Part shown: positions 59,458-64,000 of the stretch, piece after piece
Numbering within the stretch: the stretch's first letter is position 1
How the letters are laid out: every line of letters starts with the position of its first letter
Assembly (NCBI RefSeq): GCF_009914755.1
Contig: NC_060947.1
Length of the DNA: 64,000 nucleotides
DNA from: the human T2T-CHM13v2.0 reference genome, Homo sapiens
Direction: 5' to 3' (one strand)
Translations under genes and position numbers: made by a program
Notes under the pieces: model-generated
Databases searched by the model: none
What the model was told of the DNA's origin: nothing
The model's input: only the letters and a program-made list of their open reading frames with translations

Positions 59458-60479
59458 AATTGAAAGAATAATTTTTCCTGTTCACTGGCTCATTTTTTCT
59501 TCAGACACGCACTGAACATCTGTTATTCGGAACACCCTGGGTTAGTAGTAGAGATGCTCGGTAAGCCAGACCCACCCCTTTGCCATAGGGTGGTGAAGTC
59601 TAGGGGCTACAATCCTAAAATTAAGGTGGTGCCATGTCCTCTAAGAAGTAGAGGAAAATAAAACATGGGTGAGGGTTTGGGGCTCTAGATGACAGCAGTC
59701 GAGTGTATATGCCCTGAGCCAGGGCCCTTTGGGCTTTGGGAAACTGCAGTTCCTTCTGGGGGAGGTAATTCTATTGAAGCTGGGTGGTGCCAGAGCCAGA
59801 TTCTCAGAGGATGAGAGAAAGGCCTGGAATGGACGACTGCTCAGCAGTTCCTTTTGGATAGTGGATGAACAGAGAAGAGTCTCCACCTGGGGCAGGAATA
59901 GAAGGAAATCGTCCCGCGCTCTTGTCTCGGTGCGCTTGAACACAGTGCAGGGGCTAGGTGATGGATACCTATCATCTGCAAGGGTTTCCTGCAAGATGAG
60001 GGTGAATCTCCCAGAAGGGAAGCCCAGAAGTCATTGGCCAGGTGCTTTTCTGCCTGTCTGGGAGAGCCAGAGTTGATCGTATTTAAAAGGCATTCTAATC
60101 AAGTTATCTCAGGTGGGATTTGACCAATTGTGAGCAAAGGCTAGATTTCGAGTGTTAACAAAATAAGTGAAAACAGAGTCTCGGATCCAAAAGCAGGTGG
60201 GAGAGAGGAAAGGAGTTGATCCTCGATTCAAATTCTAGGAGCTTTGAGCTGCATTCAGCTGCGCAAGACTGCAGCACACCCAAATTTTGAAGCACGTTCG
60301 CTAAGAGGAAATACTTAATTTTATTGACGAAACTTCCTGTTGGGGCTGATTATCCCATGTCCTACTGAGCTGTATATTCTCTGGTAAGTCTTGGAGAACA
60401 ACAACATTTACGAAATCCCAGAGTGCTAGGGTCTAGGGTCAAATAGTATTAGATATGACAGCCATCCGCCATTCCTTAA

Positions 60480-60690
60480 ACTTCTAACTTAATGCCAGGC
60501 CCTGAGCCAGATGCTTCACTTACATTGCACGCACTCTAACCGTCCTAGTGGAAGGGCCTCATCATACCTGCTTCACAGATGAAGAACCAGAGGCTCACAG
60601 AACTTGGGTATTTCCCAGGATCAGGTGGCTAGTAAGGAACAGAGCTGGAACCGGATCCCTGATCTGAATTCCTCTAGAGCCCGTGCTGTT
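60480..60690 (-). mobile_element. MIR
   Basis: 'ttcacagatgaagaaccagaggctcacag...cccaggatcaggtggctagtaag'. Confidence 0.7.
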
Positions 60691-61888
60691 CCCACTCCCC
60701 TGAGCCGGAGGCAGACCTCCTCACTGGCACTTCATTCCTCTTCTCAGCAATGCATCATGTCTCTCAGGCAACAAAAAGAAGGACCCTGAGGCCAAGGTAC
60801 TAAATGCAGGCCTAAAGAAGGTGCCAATGAGCATCAAATACAATTTGGGGATGGCATGCCGGGGGTCCCCTGGGAACTGTCTGCTGGGTGCTGCCTGTTG
60901 AGCACCTACTATGCAACAGGTTGTAGGAGCGCCTACAAATGCTCATCCACATCTTTGATCTTCTCTTTCCCGGGCACAAGGGACGAATACATAATCAGCA
61001 CTTCTGTCTGGCATCAGCACGTTCCCGTGTCACAGTGCCCTTCCCCGGTCACTATCATGTTTCCTCCCTTCTGACTCTGCGACCTGACCTGCTGCTTGCT
61101 CTTCACTGTTGCCTCCCCCTGGAGGCTGGGCAGACCCCCCTGCCCTTCCTGCAACATGGAGCATTCCTAGCCCTTGAAGTAGTCCCCTGGTTCTCGCACG
61201 GCTCGCCCTTAGTCCAGTCCCACAGCCGCAACCATTCTGGACGGTGACTTTAGACACTTGGTCCTCCCTCCCTGGGAGAATTCTACTCTGTGTATTCCCA
61301 GTGGGCTGTGAGAAGAGTCCAATTTGACCCATAAGCTCCTGGTTGGGTTGCAGCCCCCAGGATTGAGAGAGTATTTTCGCAGTCAGTTGCATATTTGTAG
61401 TAGGATTTTATTGAGTTTGTTATCTGAAGCTGGGGACAGAACACGCAAACAGACGGATGGTGCTCAGAAATTCCCCTCCTAAGAGGTAGAAGAGGAGCAG
61501 CCATTTCATGAAGCTGAATTCTTACAAACCCTGGGCTCCTCCCAGGAGGGGAAAAATGGTTCCATGGCGAACATGCCAGCTGGAGTTTCAAAAGAATATT
61601 TAACCAGCCTTTCACTGCTTCCTGTCTGGCATCTGTCCCCAGGAACATGCCGGCTTTCAGCGTGACTAGTGGCACCTATACAGGTGTTCAGGTAAGAACA
61701 GTCATATGGAGGGTAGCAGAGATGATGGGTAAGATTCTGCCCCTGCATCAGATGGAAGGAGGAAATCCTCAGCTTCCTGAGCTGATAGATGGTGTGGCAA
61801 AGGGAAGTGCAGAAAATGCTATGGAGTGTACAAGGTGAACTCTCCATGCTGACCTTACAGGATCCTCTTCAAATTAGATGGGTTAATG

Positions 61889-62329
61889 CAGTGATCCCCA
61901 CCCTTCCTGGCACCAGGGACCGGTTTCTGGAAGACAATTTTTCCATGAGCACGGGGTGGGGGTGGGGCATTGTTTCAAGATGATTCAAGCACATTACATT
62001 TATTGCGCACTTTATTTCTATTATTATTGCATACTCACCGTCGTGCAGAATCAGTGGGAGCCCTGAGCTTGTTTTCCTGCAAATAGATGGTCCCATCTGG
62101 GGGTGATGGGAGACAGTAACAGATCATCAAGCGTTAGATTCTCATCAGGAACACAAAACCTAGACCCCTCACGTGTGCAGTTCACAATAGGGTTCCCGCT
62201 CCTATGAGAATCTAATGTCGCCACTGACGTGACAGGAGGTGGAGTTCAGCTTCACCTGCTTGCCCAACCACTCACTTCCTGCTGTGCAGCCCATTTCCTA
62301 TCCATGGCCGGGGGTGTTGGGGACCCCTG
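61889..62329 (+). mobile_element. MER1A hAT-Charlie DNA transposon
   Basis: TIRs cagtgatcccca / ttggggacccctg; 8-bp TSD ggttaat(g/a). Confidence 0.9.
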
Positions 62330-62472
62330 GGTTAATACGTTTGAAAGCATCTGTAACATAGCAGACACGTCGAGCATTTCAAGGCAAATCTGGTCTTCTC
62401 AGAAACTTCTCTAAGAAACATTGTTGTTGTCACAACAGTTAATAGTTTCTGTAAAGTGTCCTCTACTTCTAG

Positions 62473-62814
<342 letters not shown>

Positions 62815-62829
62815 AAACCCATGTGTTTT

Positions 62830-64000
62830 AAATTTCTCAGATTGACTTCGGGCCTTTCGGCTTGTCTGATCTACTTAAAGATCTAACTTTTGATTCCATC
62901 AGTATTATTTATTGTTTTTCTAAAACTTCTGAAATCTCAATTTCATTAATTTTTCTCTTCTTGTCTATATTATCCCCATCGTTTTGCTCACCTTAGGTTT
63001 AATTTCCTTTTCCTTTTCTAGCTATTTGAGATCAAAATATACATATTTGAGTCTTTTATTACTTTCTAATATAAACATTTCAGTACATAAAATGTCCCCT
63101 AGGCACATTTTAGCTAAATTGCAGATATTTTAAAACATCACATTTCCATTTTTATTTATTTGAAAATATTTTCTAACCTTCCTCAAGAATTTTTTTAAAC
63201 ATGGATTAGTAAAAATGTGTTGTTTATTTTAAAAATACTTAAGGACTTTACAGATATTATATTTCCTTTGTTATATTTTGAATTACATTCCATTATAGAT
63301 TTTAAAAAGATACTTTGTACAATTCCAATTATTTTAAATTTTTTATGGGTTGTTTTCTGGTCTCTTTTGGTAAAAATTCCACACACACTTGAAAATACCA
63401 TATAATCTACCGTCGTTCTGAGGAGTGCTCACTAAAATCTAATCAGCTCACATTTGTTCTTTGTTGTTCAGCTCCTCCTACACCCTTGCAGAATTTCTGT
63501 CTACTTCAATCATTTACTTGGAGAGGACTGTTGCCATCTCCAAATATCATTGTAGATTTGGCGATTTATCCTTGCAGTTCTATCAGATGTAGTTTCTTGC
63601 ATTTTGAAGCTCTGCTTTTAGGTGAATTAATAGTTAAGATTATTACGTCTTCTCCCCAAAAGAAACCCCCTCCATGTGCAATTCATTTATAGCTGTACCC
63701 ACCACTGCGCGCCGAACCCTGACAGCCACTCATCTGTACTCCATCGTTTCAGTTTTCTCTTTCAAGAATGCCAGGTAAACAGAATAATAGAATATGTAAC
63801 TGGTTGAGACTGGCTCCTTTCACACAGCAAAACACCTTCGAGTTTGAAACACATTGTTGTGTGTATCAGTAGTTCATTCTTTTTCATTGCTGAGAAGTAT
63901 TTCATAGTAAGTAAGGATGCCCCAAAATTTCATTTCCCATTTACCCATGGAAATACATTTGTATAATTTCCAGGTTTTGGCAAATATGACTGGAGCTGCT
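62830..64000 (-). mobile_element. Old antisense L1M fragments
   Basis: T-rich ORF2-derived and 3'-end L1 sequence. Confidence 0.7.

Overview
Human (or great-ape) Xq28 genomic DNA from the proximal MAGEA cluster. There are two intact + strand genes: HSFX1-type (2 coding exons, 423 aa) and MAGEA9 (315 aa, three non-coding 5' exons). Upstream lies a 5'-truncated duplicate of TMEM185A, with only its last three exons and 3'UTR, in frame and with intact splice sites. This fits the HSFX1/MAGEA9 arm of the duplication rather than the TMEM185A/HSFX2/MAGEA9B arm. The left 38 kb is mostly L1, Alu, ERV-L, MaLR and DNA-transposon sequence. It also holds a two-exon CSAG/VCX-like pseudogene, a decapitated MAGEA 5' unit fused to a HERV-L remnant, and a MAGEA11-like pseudogene broken into pieces in both orientations, with templated insertions, fold-back scars and a solo LTR12C. 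The best candidate for something new is a phase-compatible chimeric unit: LTR12C promoter/exon -> intact MAGEA11 exon-3 copy -> TMEM185A exons 5-7. This is a prediction only, with no expression evidence. Gene names and reference-protein comparisons are from memory, not from a database search; repeat subfamilies and most repeat boundaries are approximate.
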